Source: Heterodontus francisci
Taxonomy: Eukaryota
Assembly (NCBI RefSeq): GCF_036365525.1
Contig: NC_090404.1
Location: forward strand, 806,001 to 870,000
Length of the DNA stretch: 64,000 nt
Direction: 5' to 3'
Every line of letters begins with the position of its first letter. The stretch's first letter is position 1. The notes under the pieces are model-generated. The model was not told the DNA's origin, ran no database searches, and saw only the letters and a program-made list of their open reading frames with translations. Shown here one piece after another: positions 49,544-64,000 of the stretch. Made by a program: the position numbers and the translations under genes.

Positions 49544-52500
49544 CTGAGGGAGAACGGAGTGCCGTGTTTGATCACACATTTCCTTATCCGTTCCCCTGGA
49601 CCTTCCCCTGAACTGACGGTGAATATTTCTACAAGCAGCCATCGCGTTTGCCCGACTCCAGTCCTGCCTCAGCTGCTCCCGTCTGCGGCCGGGACCCTCC
49701 AGACCTCAATATTCCAACACTGCCAGCTGGACACCCCTCCTTCAACCCTCCATAAACCTCCTCATTCCAAACCTCTGCTGCCCCAGATCTTCATTCACAC
49801 CGAATCCCATTCACCCACAACCTGCATCCCATCCTCATCTAACTTCAACACCCCCCCCTATGGCCACCGCCTCTGGAACCAACTCCAGTCACTACAACCC
49901 TCCATATCTCTGTAACCTCCTCCAGCCCCTACAACCATCCTTATCTCTGTAACCTCCTCCAGTCACTACAACCCTCCGTATCTCTGTAACCTCCTCCAGC
50001 CCCTACAACCATCCCTATCTCTGTAACCTCCTCCAGCCCCTACAATCATCCCTATCTCTGTTACCTCCTCCAGTCACTACAACCCTCCGTATCTCTGTAA
50101 CCTCCTCCAGTCCCTACAACCATCCCTATCTCTGTAACCTCCTCCAGCCCCTACAACCCTCCCTATCTCTGTAACCTCCTCCAGTCCCTACAACCCTCCA
50201 TATCTCTGTAACCTCCTCCAGTCCCTACAACCATCCCTATCTCTGTAACCTCCTCCAGTCACTACAACCCTCCGTATCTCTGTAACCTCCTCCAGTACCT
50301 ACAACCATCCCTATCTCTGTAACCTCCTCCAGTCACTACAACCCTCCATATCTCTGTAACCTCCTCCAGCCCCTACAACCATCCCTATCTCTGTAACCTC
50401 CTCCAGCCCCTACAACCATCCCTATCTCTGTTACCTCCTCCAGTCACTACAACCCTCCGTATCTCTGTAACCTCCTCCAGTCCCTACAACCATCCCTATC
50501 TCTGTAACCTCCTCCAGTCCCTACAACCATCCCTATCTCTGTAACCTCTTCCAGCCCCTACAACCCTCCCTATCTCTGTAACCTCCTCCAGTCCCTCCAA
50601 CCCTCCATATCTCTGTAACCTCCTCCAGTCCCTACAACCATCCCTATCTCTGTTACCTCCTCCAGTCACTACAACCCTCCGTATCTCTGTAACCTCCTCC
50701 AGTCCCTACAACCATCCCTATCTCTGTAACCTCCTCCAGTCCCTACAACCCTCCATATCTCTGTAACCTGCTCCAGTCCCTACAACCCTCCCTATCTCTG
50801 TAACCTCCTCCAGTCACTACAACCCTCCGTATCTCTGTAACCTCCTCCAGCCCCTACAACCCTCCCTATCTCTGTAACCTCCTCCAGTCACTACAACCCT
50901 CCGTATCTCTGTAACCTCCTCCAGCCCCTACAACCCTCCCTATCTCTGTAACCTCCTCCAGCCCCTACAACCCTCCCTATTTCTGTAACCTCCTCCAGTC
51001 ACTACAACCCTCCGGATCTCTGTAATCTCCTCCAGTCCCGAACACCCTCCCTATCTCTGTAACCTCCTCCAGCCCCTACAACCCTCCCTATCTCTGTAAC
51101 CTCCTCCAGCCCCTACAACCCTCCCTATCTCTGCAAACTCCTCCAGTCCCTAAAACCCTCCCGATCTCTGTAACCTCCTCTAGTCAGTACAACACTCCCT
51201 ATCTCAGTAACCACCACCAGTCACTACAACCCTCCCTATCTCTGCAAACTCCTCCAGTCAATGCAACCCTCCCTATCTCTGTAATCTCCTCCAGTCCTAC
51301 AACCCTCCCTATCTCTGTAACCTCCTCGAGCCCGACAACCATCCCTATCTCTGTAACCAACTGCAGCCCCTACAACCCTCCCTATCTCTGTAACCGCCTC
51401 CAGCCCCTACAACCCTCCCTATCTCTGTAACCTCCTCCAGCCAAGACAATCCTCCCTATCTCTGTAACCTCCTCCAGCCCGTACAACCCTCCCTATTTCT
51501 GTAACCTCCTCCAGCCACTACAACCCTCCCTATCTCTATAACCGCCTCCAGCCCTGACAGCCCTCCCTATCTCTGTAACCACCTCCAGCCTCTACAACCC
51601 TCCCTATCTCTGTAACCTCCTCCAGTCCCTACAACCCTCCCTATCTCTGAAACCGCCTGCAGCCCCTACAACCCTCCCTATCTCTGTAACCTCCTCCAGC
51701 CCCGACAACCCTCCCTATCTCAATAACAATCTCCAGCCCCTACAACCCTCCCTAAATCTGTAACCAACTCCAGTCCCTACAACCCTCCCTAAATCTGTAA
51801 CCAACTCCAGCCCCTGCAATCCTCCCTAAATCTGTAAACAACTCCAGTCCCGACAATCCTCGCTAAATCTGTAACCTCCTCCAGCCCCTCCAACCCTCTC
51901 CATCTCTGTAACCTCCTCCAGCCCCGACAACCCTCCCTATCTCTGTAACCTCCTCCAGCCACTACAACCCTCCCTATCTCTGCAAAGAACTCCAACTCCA
52001 ACAACCCTCCCTATCTCTGTAACCTCCTACAGCCCCTACAACCCTCCCTATCTCTGTAACCTCCTCCAGCTCCTACAACCCTCCATATCTCTGTAACCAA
52101 CTCCAGCCCCGACAACCCTCCCGATCTCTGTAACCAACTCCAGCCCTGACAACCTTCCCTATCTCTGTAACCAACTCCAGCCCAAACACCCCTCCCTATC
52201 TGTGTAACTTCCTCCAGCCTTTACAACCCTCCCTATCTCTGTAACCAACACCAGCCCCTACAAACCTCCCGATCTCTGTAACCAACTCCAGCCGTGACAA
52301 CCCTCCCTATCTCTGTAACCAACTCCAGCCCCTACAACCCTCCCGATCACTGTAACCAACTCCAGCCCCTACAACCCTCCCTATCTCTGTAACCTACTCC
52401 AGCCACTACAAACCTCCCAAACACTGTAACAAACTCCAGTCCCTACAACCCTCCCTATCTATGTAACAAACTCCAGCCCCTACACCCCTCCCTATCTGTG

Positions 52501-55500
52501 TAACTTCCTCCAGCCTTTACAACCCTCCCTATCTCTGTAACCAACACCAGCCCCTACAAACCTCCCGATCTCTGTAACCAACTCCAGCCGTGACAACCCT
52601 CCCTATCTCTGTAAGCAACTCCAGCTCCTACAACCCTCCCTATCTCTGTAACCTCCTATAGTCCCGACAACCCTCCCTATCTCTGTAACCTACTCCAGCC
52701 ACTACAAACCTCCCAAACACTGTAACAAACTCAAGCCCCTACAACCTTCCCTATCTCTGCAACCAACTCCAGCCCCTACAACCCTCCCTATCTCGGTAAC
52801 CAGCTCCAGCCCCTACAACCCTCCCTATCTCTGTAACATCCTAGAGCATCTACAACCCTCCCTATCTCTGTAACCTACTCCAGCCCCTACACCCCTCCCT
52901 ATCTCTGTAACCTCCACCAGCCCAGACGACCCTCCCTCTCTCTGTAACCTCCTCTAGTCCCTACAACCCTCCCTATCTCTGTAACCTCCTCCAGCCACTA
53001 CAGCCCTCCCTATCTCTGTACAAACTCCAGCCCCTACAACCCTCCCTATCTCTGTAACAAACTCCAGCCTTACACCCCTTCCTATCTCTGTAACCTCCTC
53101 CAGCCACTACAGCCCTCCCTATCTCTGTACAAACTCCAGGCCCTACAACCCTCCCTATCTCTGTAACAAACTCCAGCCCCTACAACCCTCCCTATCTCTG
53201 TAACCTCCTCCAGCCACTACAGCCCTCCCTATCTCTGTACAAACTCCAGGCCCTACAACCCTCCCTATCTCTGTAACAAACTCCAGCCCCTACAAACCTC
53301 CCTATCTCTGTAACCAACTCCAGCCCCTACAACCCACCCGATCTCTGCAACATCCTCCAGTCCCGACAATTATCCCTATCTCTGTAACCAACTCCAGCCC
53401 CTACAACCCTCCCTATCTCTGTAACCTCCTCCAGCCCTACAACCCTCCATATCTCTGTAACCTCCTCCAGCACCTACACCACTCCCTATCTCTGTAACCT
53501 CCTGCAGCCCAGACAACCCTCCCTCTCTCTGGAACCTCCTCCAGCCCCGACAACACTCCCTATCTCTGTAACCAACTCCAGCCACTACAACCCTCCCTAT
53601 CTCTGTAACCTCCTCCAGCCCCGACAACCCTCCCTATCTCCGTAACCTCCTCCAGCCCCTACAACCCTCCCTATCTCCGTAACCAACTCCAGCCACTACA
53701 ACCCTCCCTATCTCTGTAACCTCCTCCAGCCCCTACAATCCTCCCTATCTCCGTAACCTCCTCCAGCCCCTGCAACCCTCCCTATCTCTGAAACCTCCTC
53801 CAGCCCTACAACCCTCGCTATCTCTGTAACCAAGTCCAGCCCCTAGTACCCTCCCTCTCTCTGTAACCTCCTCCAGCCCCTACCACCCTCCCTATCTCTG
53901 AAACCAACTCCAGCCTCGACAACACTCCCTATCTCTGCAACCTCCTCCAGCCCCGACAACCCAACCGATCTCTGTAACCTCCTCCAGCCCCTACAACCCT
54001 CCCTATCTCTATAATCTCCTCCAGCCCCTACAACCCTCCCTATCTCTGTAACCTCCTCCAGCCCCTACAACCCTCCCTATCTCTGTAAGCAAGCCCAGCC
54101 CCTGAAACCCTCCCTATCTCTGTAACCTCTTCCAGCCCCAGAACACTCCCTATCTCTGGAACCAACCCCAGCCCCTACACCCCTCCCTATTTCTGTAACC
54201 TCCTTGAGCCCGACAACCCTCCCTATCTCTGTAATCTCCTCCAGCCCCAACAACCCTCCCTCTCTCTCTAACCTCCTCCAGCCCCTACCACCCTCCCTAT
54301 CTCTGAAACCAACTCCAGCCTCTACAACACTCCCTATCTCTGCAACCTCCTCCAGCCCCGACAACCCACCCGATCTCTGTAACCTACTCCAGGCCCCAGT
54401 ACCCTCCCTATCTCTGTAACCAACTCCATCGCCAACAAACCTCCGTATCTCTGTAACCTCCTCCAGCCCCGACAACCCACCCAATCACTGTAACCTCCTC
54501 CAGCCACTACAATCCTCCCTATCTCTATAACCGCCTCAAGCCCTGAGAACCCTCCCGATCTCTGTAACCACCTCCAGCCCCTACAACCCTCCCTATCTCC
54601 GTAACCTTCTCCAGCCCTGACAACCCTCCCTATCTCAGTAACCGCCTCCAGCCCCAAGAACCCTCACTATCTCTGTAACCTCCTCCAGCCCCTACAACCC
54701 TCCCTATCTCAATAACCATCTCCAGCCACTACAACCCTCCCTATCTCTGCAACCAACTCCATCTCCTACAACCCTCCCTATCTCTGTAACCTCCTCCAGC
54801 CACCACAACCCTCCTCATATCCGTAACCAACTCCAGTCCCTGCAACCCTCCCTATCTCTGTAAACTCCTCCTGTCCACTCCAACCCTCCCTATCTCTGTA
54901 ACCAACTCCAGCCCCTAGCACCCTCCCTATTTCTGTAACCTCCTCCAGCCCTACAACCCTTCCTATCTCTGTTACCTCCTCCAGCCACGACAACCCTCCC
55001 CATCTCTGTAACCAACTCCAGCCCCTACCACCCTTCCTATCTCTGTAACGAACTCCAGCCACTACAACCCTCCCCATCTCTGTAACCAACTCCAGCCCCT
55101 ACCACCCTTCCTATCTCTGTAACCAACTCCAGCCTCTGCTACCCTCCCTATCTCTGTCACCAACTCCATCGCCTAAAACCCTCCGTATTTCTGTAACCTC
55201 CTCCAGCCCTGACAACCCACCCGATCTCTGTAACCTCCTCCAGCTACTACACCCCTCCCTATCTCTGTAACCTCCCATAGCCCCTACAACCCTCCCTACC
55301 TCTGTAACCTCCTCCATCCCCTACAACCCTCCCTATCTCTGTAACCAACTCCAGCCCCTACAACCCTCCCTATCTCTTTAAAATCTTCCAGCCCATACAT
55401 CCCTCCCATTCTCTGTAACGAACTCCAGCCCCTACACCCCTTCCTATCTATGTAACCTCCTCCAGCCACTACACCCCTTCCTATCTCTGTAACCAACTCC

Positions 55501-58500
55501 AGCCCCCACAACCCTCCCTAACTTTGTAACCAACTACAGCCCCACAACCCTCCCTCTCTCTGTAACCTCCTCCAGCTCCTACAAGCCTCCCTATCTCTGT
55601 AACCTCCTCCAGCTCCTACAACCCTCCCTATCTCTGTAACCTACTCCAGCTCCGACAACCGTCCCTATCTCTGTAACCTCCTCCAGCTCCAACAACCCTC
55701 CCTATCTCTGTAACCTCCTCCAGCTCCCACAACCCTCTCTATCTCTGTAACCTCCTCCAGCTCCGACAACCCTCCGTATCTCTGTAACCTCCTCCAGCCC
55801 GGACAACCCTCCCTATCTCTGTAACCGCCTCTAGTCTCTACAACCCTCCCTATCTCTGTAACCTTCTCCCGCCCTGTTAACCCTCCCTATCTCTTTAACC
55901 TCCTCCAGCCCGGACAATCCTCCCTATCTCTGTAACGAACTCCAGCCCCTACAACCCTCCCTATCTCTGGAACCAACTCCAGCCCCGACAACCCTCCCTA
56001 ACTGTGTAACCAACTACAGCCCCACAACCCTCCCTATCTCTGGAACCTCCTCCAGCTCTGACAACCCTCCCTATCTCTGTAACCTCCTCCAGCTCCAACA
56101 ACCCTCCCTATCTCTGTAACGAACTCCAGCCACTACAACCCTCCCGATCTCTGGAACCAACTCCAGCCCCTACAACCCTCCCGATCTCTGTAAGCAACTC
56201 CAGCCTCTACACCCCTCCCTATTTCTGTAACTTCCTCGAGCCCTACAACCCTCCCTATCTCTGTAAGCAACTCCAGCCTCTACACCCCTCCCTATTTCTG
56301 TAACCTCCTCGAGCCCCACAACCCTCCCTATCTCTGTAATCTCCTCCAGCCCCAACAACCCTCCCTAAATCTGCAACCAACTCCAGTCCCTACAATCCAC
56401 CCTATCTCTGCAACCAACTCCAGCCCCAACAACCCTCCCCATCTCTGTAACCAACTCCAGCCCCTACACCCCTCCCTATTTCTGTAACCTCCTCGAGCCC
56501 TACAACCCTCCCTATCTCTGTAATCTCCTCAAGCCCCTACAACCTTCCCTATCACTGTAACCTCCTCCAGCCCCTACAACCCTCCCTATCTCTGTAACCA
56601 CCTCCAGCCCTGACAACCCTCCCTCTCTCTGTAACCTCCTCTAGTCCCTACAACCCTCCCTATGTCTGTAACCAACTCCAGCCCCTCCAACCCTCCCTAT
56701 CTCTGTAACCAACTCCAGCCCCTGCAACCCTCCCTATCTCAGTAAACTCCTCCTGTCCACTACAACCCTCCCTATCTCTGTAACCTCCTTCGGCCCCTAA
56801 ATGCCTCCCTTTCTCTGTAACGAACTCCAGCCCCGACACCCCTTCCTATCTCTGTATCCAACTCCAGCCCCCACAACCCTCCCTAACTGTGTAACCAACT
56901 ACAGCCCCACAATCCTCCCTATCTCTGTAACCTCCTCCAGCTCCTACAAGCCTCCCTATCTCTGTAACCAACTCCAGCCCCACAACCCTCCCTATCTCTG
57001 TAACCTCCTCCAGCTCCGACAACCCTCCCTATCTCTGTAACCTCCTCCAGCTCCTACAACCCTCCCTATATCTGTAACCTCCTCCAGCTCCAACAACCCT
57101 CCCTATCTCTGCAACCTCCTCCAGCTCCTACAACCCTCCGTATCTCTGCAACCTCCTCCAGCCCGGACAACCCTCCCTATCTCTGTCACCGCCTCTAGTC
57201 TCTACAACCCTCCCTATCTCTGTAACCTTCTCCAGCCCTGATAACCCTCCCCATCTCTGTAACCGCCTCCAGCCCGGACAACCCTCCCTATCTCTGTAAC
57301 GAACTCCAGCCCCTACCACCCTCCCTATCTCTGTAACCAACTCCAGCCCCGACAACCCTCCCTAACTGTGTAACCAACTACAGCCCCACAACCCTCCCTA
57401 TCTCTGTAACCTCCTCCAGCCCCTACAACCCTCCCTCTCTGTGTAACCAACTCCAGCCCCGACAACCCTCCCTAACTGTGTAACCAACTACAGCCCCACA
57501 ACCCTCCCTATCTCTGTAACGAACTCCAGCCACTACAACCCTCCCGATCTCTGTAAGCAACTCCAGCCTCTACACCCCTCCCTATTTCTGTAACCTCCTC
57601 AAGCCCTACAACCCTCCCTATCTCTGTAATCTCCTACCGGCCCCAACAACCCTCCCTAAATCTGCAGCCAACTCCAGTCCCTACAACACTCCCTATCTCT
57701 GTAACCTCCTCCAGCCCCTACAACTCTCCCTATCTCTGCAACCAATTCCAGCCCGGACAACCCTCCCTATCTCTGTAACGAACTCCAGCCCCTACAACCC
57801 TCCCTATCTCTGTAACCAACTCCAGCCCCGACAACCCTCCCTAACTGTGTAACCAAAGACAGCCCCACAACCCTCCCTATCTCTGTAACCTCCTCCAGCC
57901 CTGACAACCCTCCCTATCTCTGTAACCTCCTCCAGCTCCTACAACCCTCCCTATCTCTGTAAGCAACTCCAGCCTCTACACCCCTCCCTATTTCTGTAAC
58001 CTCCTCGAGCCCTACAACCCTCCCTATCTCTGTAATCGCGTACCGGCCCCAACAACCCTCCCTAAATCTGCAACCAACTCCAGTCCCTACAACCCTCCCT
58101 ATCTCTGTAACCTCCTCCAGCCCCTACAACTGTCCCTATCTCTGCAACCAACTCCAGCCTCTACAACCCTCCCGATCTCTGTAACCTCCTCCAGCCCTAC
58201 AACCCTCCTTATCTCTGTAACCACCTCCAGCCCCTCCAACCCTCCCTATCTCTGTAACCAACTCCAGCCCCTGCAACCCTCCCTATCTCTGTAAACTCCT
58301 CCTGTCCAAGACAACCCTCCCTATCTCTGTAACCTCCTCCAGCCCATACATGCCTCCCTTTCTCTGTAACGAACTCCAGCCCCTACACCCCTTCCTATCT
58401 ATGTAACCTCCTCCAGCCACTACACCCCTTCCTATCTCTGTAACCAACTCCAGCCCCCACAACCCTCCCTAACTTTGTAACCAACTACAGCCCCACAACC

Positions 58501-58930
58501 CTCCCTATCTCTGTAACCTCCTCCAGCTCCTACAAGCCTCCCTATCTCTGTAACCAACTCCAGCCCCACAACCCTCCCTATCTCTGTAACCTCCTCCAGC
58601 TCATACAACCCTCCCTATCTCTGTAACCTCCTCCAGCCCATACATCCCTCCCTATCTCTGTAACCTCCTCCAGCTCCTACAAGCCTCCCTATCTCTGTAA
58701 CCAACTCCAGACCCTGCAACCCTCCCTCTCTCTGTAAACTCCTCCTGTCCACTACAACCCTCCCTATCTCTGTAACCTCCTCCAGCTCCTACAACCGTCC
58801 CTATCTCTGTAACCTCCTCCAGCTCCAACAACCCTCCGTATCTCTGTAACCTCCTCCAGCCCGGACAACCCTCCCTATCTCTGTAACCGCCTCTAGTCTC
58901 TACAACCCTCCCTATCTCTGTAACCTTCTC

Positions 58931-60380
58931 AAAGAACAAAGAACAAAGATAATTACAGCACAGGAACAGGCCCTTCGGCCCTCCAAGCCTGCGCCGATCC
59001 AGATCCTCTCTCTAAACATGTCGCCTATTTTCTAAGGTTCTGTATCTCTTTTCTTCCTGCCCATTCATGTATCTGTCTAGATACATCTTAAAAGACTCCA
59101 TCGTGCCCGCATCTACCACCTCCGCTGGCAATGCGTTCCAGGTGCCCACCACCCTCTGCGTAAAGAACTTTCCACGCATATCCCCCCTAAACTTTTCCCC
59201 TTTCACTTTGAACTCGTGTCCTCTAGTAATTGAAACCCCCACTCTGGGAAAAAGCCTCTTGCTATCCACCCTGTCTATACCTCTCATGATTTTGTACACC
59301 TCAATCAGGTCCCCCCTCAACCTCCGTCTTTCTAATGAAAATAATCCTAATCTACTCAACCTCTCTTCATAGCTAGCGCCCTCCATACCAGGCAACATCC
59401 TGGTGAACCTCCTCTGCACCCTCTCCAAAGCCTCCACATCCTTTTGGTAATGTGGCGACCAGAACTGTACGCAGTATTCCAAATGTGGCCGAACCAAAGT
59501 CCTATACAACTGTAACATGACCTGCCAACTCTTGTACTCAATGCCCCGTCCGATGAAGGAAAGCATGCCGTATGCCTTCTTGACCACTCTATTTACCTGC
59601 GTTGCCACCTTCAGGGAACAGTGGACCTGAACACCCAAATCTCTCTGGACATCAATTTTCCCCAGGACTTTTCCATTTACTGTATAGTTCACTCTTGAAT
59701 TGGATCTTCCAAAATGCATCACCTCGCATTTGCCCTGATTGAACTCCATCTGCCATTTCTCTGCCCAACTCTCCAATCTATCTATATTCTGCTGTATTCT
59801 CTGACAGTCTCCTTCACTATCTGCTACTCCACCAATCTTAGTGTCGTCTGCAAACTTGCTAATCAGTCCACCTATACTTTCCTCCAAATCATTAATGTAT
59901 ATCACAAACAACAGTGGTCCCAGCACGGATCCCTGTGGAACACCACTGGTCACACATCTCCATTTTGAGAAACTCCCTTCTACTGCTACTCTCTGTCTCC
60001 TGTTGCCCAGCCAGTTCTTTATCCATCTAGCTAGTACACCTTGGACCCCAAGCGCCTTCACTTTCTCCAGCAGCCTGCCATGGGGAACCTTATCAAACGC
60101 CTTACTGAAGTCCATGTATATGACATCGACAGCCCTTCCCTCATCAATCAACTTTGTCACTTCCTCAAAGAATTCTATTAAGTTGGTAAGACATGACCTT
60201 CCCTGCACAAAACCATGTTGCCTATCACTGATGAGCCCATTTTCTTCCAAATGGGAATAGATCCTATCCCTCAGTATCTTCTCCAGCAGCTTCCCTACCA
60301 CTGACGTCAGGCTCACCGGTCTATAATTACCTGGATTACCCCTGCTACACTTCTTAAACAAGGGGACAACATTAGCAATT
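58931..60380 (-). mobile_element. Young 5'-truncated CR1 LINE with an uninterrupted RT, copy 1
   Basis: Open frame RIANVVPLFKK...NYRPVSL...DFSKAFDKVPH...GVPQGSVLGP...FADD...HLEYCVQFWSP; (TTCTTTG)n tail; TTCTC on both sides. Confidence 0.95.
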
Positions 60381-61638
60381 CTCCCGCCCTGATAACCCTC
60401 CCTATCTCTGCAACCTCCTCCAGCTCCCACAACCCTCCCTATCTCTGTAACCTCCTCCAGCTCCGACAACCCTCCGTATCTCTGTAACCTCCTCCAGCCC
60501 GGACAACCCTCCCTATCTCTGTAACCAACTCCAGCCCCTGCAACCCTCTCTATCTCTGTAACCTTCTCCCGCCCTGATAACCCTCCCTATCTCTGTAACG
60601 AACTCCAGCCCCTACATCCCTCCCTATCTCTGGAACCAACTCCAGCCCCGACAACCCTCCCTAACTGTGTAACCAACTACAGCCCCACAACCCTCCCTAT
60701 CTCTGGAACCTCCTCCAGCTCTGACAACCCTCCCTATCTCTGTAACCTCCTCCAGCTCCAACAACCCTCCCTATCTCTGTAACGAACTCCAGCCACTACA
60801 ACCCTCCCGATCTCATTAAGCAACTCCAGCCTCTACACCCCTCCCTATTTCTGTAACTTCCTCGAGCCCTACAACCCTCCCTATCTCTGTAAGCAACTCC
60901 AGCCTCTACACCCCTCCCTATTTCTGTAACCTCCTCGAGCCCTACAACCCTCCCTATCTCTGTAATCCCCTCCAGCCCCAACAACCCTCCCTAAATCTGC
61001 AACCAACTCCAGTCCCTACAATCCTCCCTATCTCTGCAACCAACTCCAGCCCCTACAACCCTCCCCATCTCTGTAACCAACTCCAGCCCCTACACCCCTC
61101 CCTATTTCTGTAACCTCCTCGAGCCCTACAACCCTCCCTATCTCTGTAATCTCCTCAAGCCCCTACAACCTTCCCTATCACTGTAACCTCCTCCATCCCC
61201 TGCACCTCTCCCTATCTCTGGAACCAACTCCAGCCCCTCCAACCTTCCCTATCTCTGTAACCACCTCCAGTCCCTACAGCCCTCCCTATCTCTGTAACCA
61301 CCTCCAGCCCTGACAACCCTCCCTCTCTCTGTAACCTCCTCTAGTCCCTACAACCCTCCCTATGTCCGTAACCAACTCCAGCCCCTCCAACCCTCCCTAA
61401 CTCTGTAACCAACTCCAGACCCTGCAACCCTCCCTCTCTCTGTAAACTCCTCCTGTCCACTACAACCCTCCCTATCTCTGTAACCTCCTCCAGCTCCTAC
61501 AACCGTCCCTATCTCTGTAACCTCCTCCAGCTCCAACAACCCTCCGTATCTCTGTAACCTCCTCCAGCCCGGACAACCCTCCCTATCTCTGTAACCGCCT
61601 CTAGTCTCTACAACCCTCCCTATCTCTGTAACCTTCTC

Positions 61639-63088
61639 AAAGAACAAAGAACAAAGATAATTACAGCACAGGAACAGGCCCTTCGGCCCTCCAAGCCTGC
61701 GCCGATCCAGATCCTCTCTCTAAACATGTCGCCTATTTTCTAAGGTTCTGTATCTCTTTTCTTCCTGCCCATTCATGTATCTGTCTAGATACATCTTAAA
61801 AGACTCCATCGTGCCCGCATCTACCACCTCCGCTGGCAATGCGTTCCAGGTGCCCACCACCCTCTGCGTAAAGAACTTTCCACGCATATCCCCCCTAAAC
61901 TTTTCCCCTTTCACTTTGAACTCGTGTCCTCTAGTAATTGAAACCCCCACTCTGGGAAAAAGCCTCTTGCTATCCACCCTGTCTATACCTCTCATGATTT
62001 TGTACACCTCAATCAGGTCCCCCCTCAACCTCCGTCTTTCTAATGAAAATAATCCTAATCTACTCAACCTCTCTTCATAGCTAGCGCCCTCCATACCAGG
62101 CAACATCCTGGTGAACCTCCTCTGCACCCTCTCCAAAGCCTCCACATCCTTTTGGTAATGTGGCGACCAGAACTGTACGCAGTATTCCAAATGTGGCCGA
62201 ACCAAAGTCCTATACAACTGTAACATGACCTGCCAACTCTTGTACTCAATGCCCCGTCCGATGAAGGAAAGCATGCCGTATGCCTTCTTGACCACTCTAT
62301 TTACCTGCGTTGCCACCTTCAGGGAACAGTGGACCTGAACACCCAAATCTCTCTGGACATCAATTTTCCCCAGGACTTTTCCATTTACTGTATAGTTCAC
62401 TCTTGAATTGGATCTTCCAAAATGCATCACCTCGCATTTGCCCTGATTGAACTCCATCTGCCATTTCTCTGCCCAACTCTCCAATCTATCTATATTCTGC
62501 TGTATTCTCTGACAGTCTCCTTCACTATCTGCTACTCCACCAATCTTAGTGTCGTCTGCAAACTTGCTAATCAGTCCACCTATACTTTCCTCCAAATCAT
62601 TAATGTATATCACAAACAACAGTGGTCCCAGCACGGATCCCTGTGGAACACCACTGGTCACACATCTCCATTTTGAGAAACTCCCTTCTACTGCTACTCT
62701 CTGTCTCCTGTTGCCCAGCCAGTTCTTTATCCATCTAGCTAGTACACCTTGGACCCCAAGCGCCTTCACTTTCTCCAGCAGCCTGCCATGGGGAACCTTA
62801 TCAAACGCCTTACTGAAGTCCATGTATATGACATCGACAGCCCTTCCCTCATCAATCAACTTTGTCACTTCCTCAAAGAATTCTATTAAGTTGGTAAGAC
62901 ATGACCTTCCCTGCACAAAACCATGTTGCCTATCACTGATGAGCCCATTTTCTTCCAAATGGGAATAGATCCTATCCCTCAGTATCTTCTCCAGCAGCTT
63001 CCCTACCACTGACGTCAGGCTCACCGGTCTATAATTACCTGGATTACCCCTGCTACACTTCTTAAACAAGGGGACAACATTAGCAATT
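61639..63088 (-). mobile_element. Young 5'-truncated CR1 LINE, copy 2 (duplicate of copy 1, offset 2708 bp)
   Basis: Same CR1-derived translation and the same two junctions as 58931-60380. Confidence 0.95.
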
Positions 63089-64000
63089 CTCCCGCCCTGA
63101 TAACCCTCCCTATCTCTGTAACGAACTCCAGCCCCTACAACCCTCCCTATCTCTGGAACCAACTCCAGCCCCGACAACCCTCCCTAACTGTGTAACCAAC
63201 TACAGCCCCACAACCCTCTCTATCTCTGGAACCTCCTCCAGCTCTGACAACCCTCCCTATCTCTGTAACCTCCTCCAGCTCCAACAACCCTCCCTATCTC
63301 TGTCACGAACTCCAGCCACTACAACCCTCCCGATCTCTGGAACCAACTCCAGCCCCTACAACCCTCCCGATCTCTGTAAGCAACTCCAGCCTCTACACCC
63401 CTCCCTATTTCTGTAAATTCCTCGAGCCCTACAACCCTCCCTATCTCTGTAAGCAACTCCAGCCTCTACACCCCTCCCTATTTCTGTAACCTCCTCGAGC
63501 CCTACAACCCTCCCTATCTCTGTAATCTCCTCCAGCCCCAACAACCCTCCCTAAATCTGCAACCAAGTCCAGTCCCTACAATCCTCCCTATTTCTGCAAC
63601 CAACTCCAGCCCCTACAACCCTCCCCATCTCTGTAACCAACTCCAGCCCCTACACCCCTCCCTATTTCTGTAACCTCCTCGAGCCCTACAACCCTCCCTA
63701 TCTCTGTAATCTCCTCCAGCCCCAACAACCCTCCCTAAATCTGCAACCAACTCCAGTCCCTATAATCCTCCCTATCTCTGCAACCAACTCCAGCCCCTAC
63801 AACCCTCCCCATCTCTGTAACCAACTCCAGCCCCTACACTCCTCCCTATTTCTGTAACCTCCTCCATCCCCTACACCCCTCCCTATCTCTGTAACCAACT
63901 CCAGCCTCTACACTCCTCCCTATTTCTGTAACCTCCTCCATCCCCTACACCCCTCCCTATCTCTGTAACCAACTCCAGACCCTATAACCCTCCCTATCTC

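Larger units (their letters stand above)
49870..64000. repeat. More than 14 kb array of the 37-bp L2-derived minisatellite (C-rich on plus strand) containing two CR1 inserts
   Basis: Unit CCCTCCCTATCTCTGTAACCTCCTCCAGCCCCTACAA; runs off the end of the window. Confidence 0.97.

Overview
Vertebrate genomic DNA, very likely from a shark or ray, judged from its HE1-type V-SINE, Deu-type SINE, CR1/L2 families and an Ig V domain of cartilaginous-fish type. About 85-90% is retroelements and minisatellites that grew out of them. Three host genes lie on the minus strand. (1) Exon 1 and the CpG-island promoter of importin-4 (IPO4). (2) A complete 3-exon, germline-joined, non-rearranging Ig light-chain-like gene: leader 26483-26528, VJ 17743-18096, C1 13247-13590, giving 247 aa. 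It has an octamer promoter, an atypical J motif, no RSS and an 8.4-kb leader intron. (3) The terminal exon of a PARP14-like gene that stops right after the WWE domain with no catalytic domain. Also present: a nearly full-length Tx1-clade LINE, a LINE carrying a tRNA-derived SINE head, an RTE nested in a CR1, a young CR1 duplicated with its satellite flanks, and a Penelope-like palindrome with a hammerhead-like core. The giant ORFs in the ORF track are minisatellite artefacts. Family assignments come from recalled motifs; no database searches were run.
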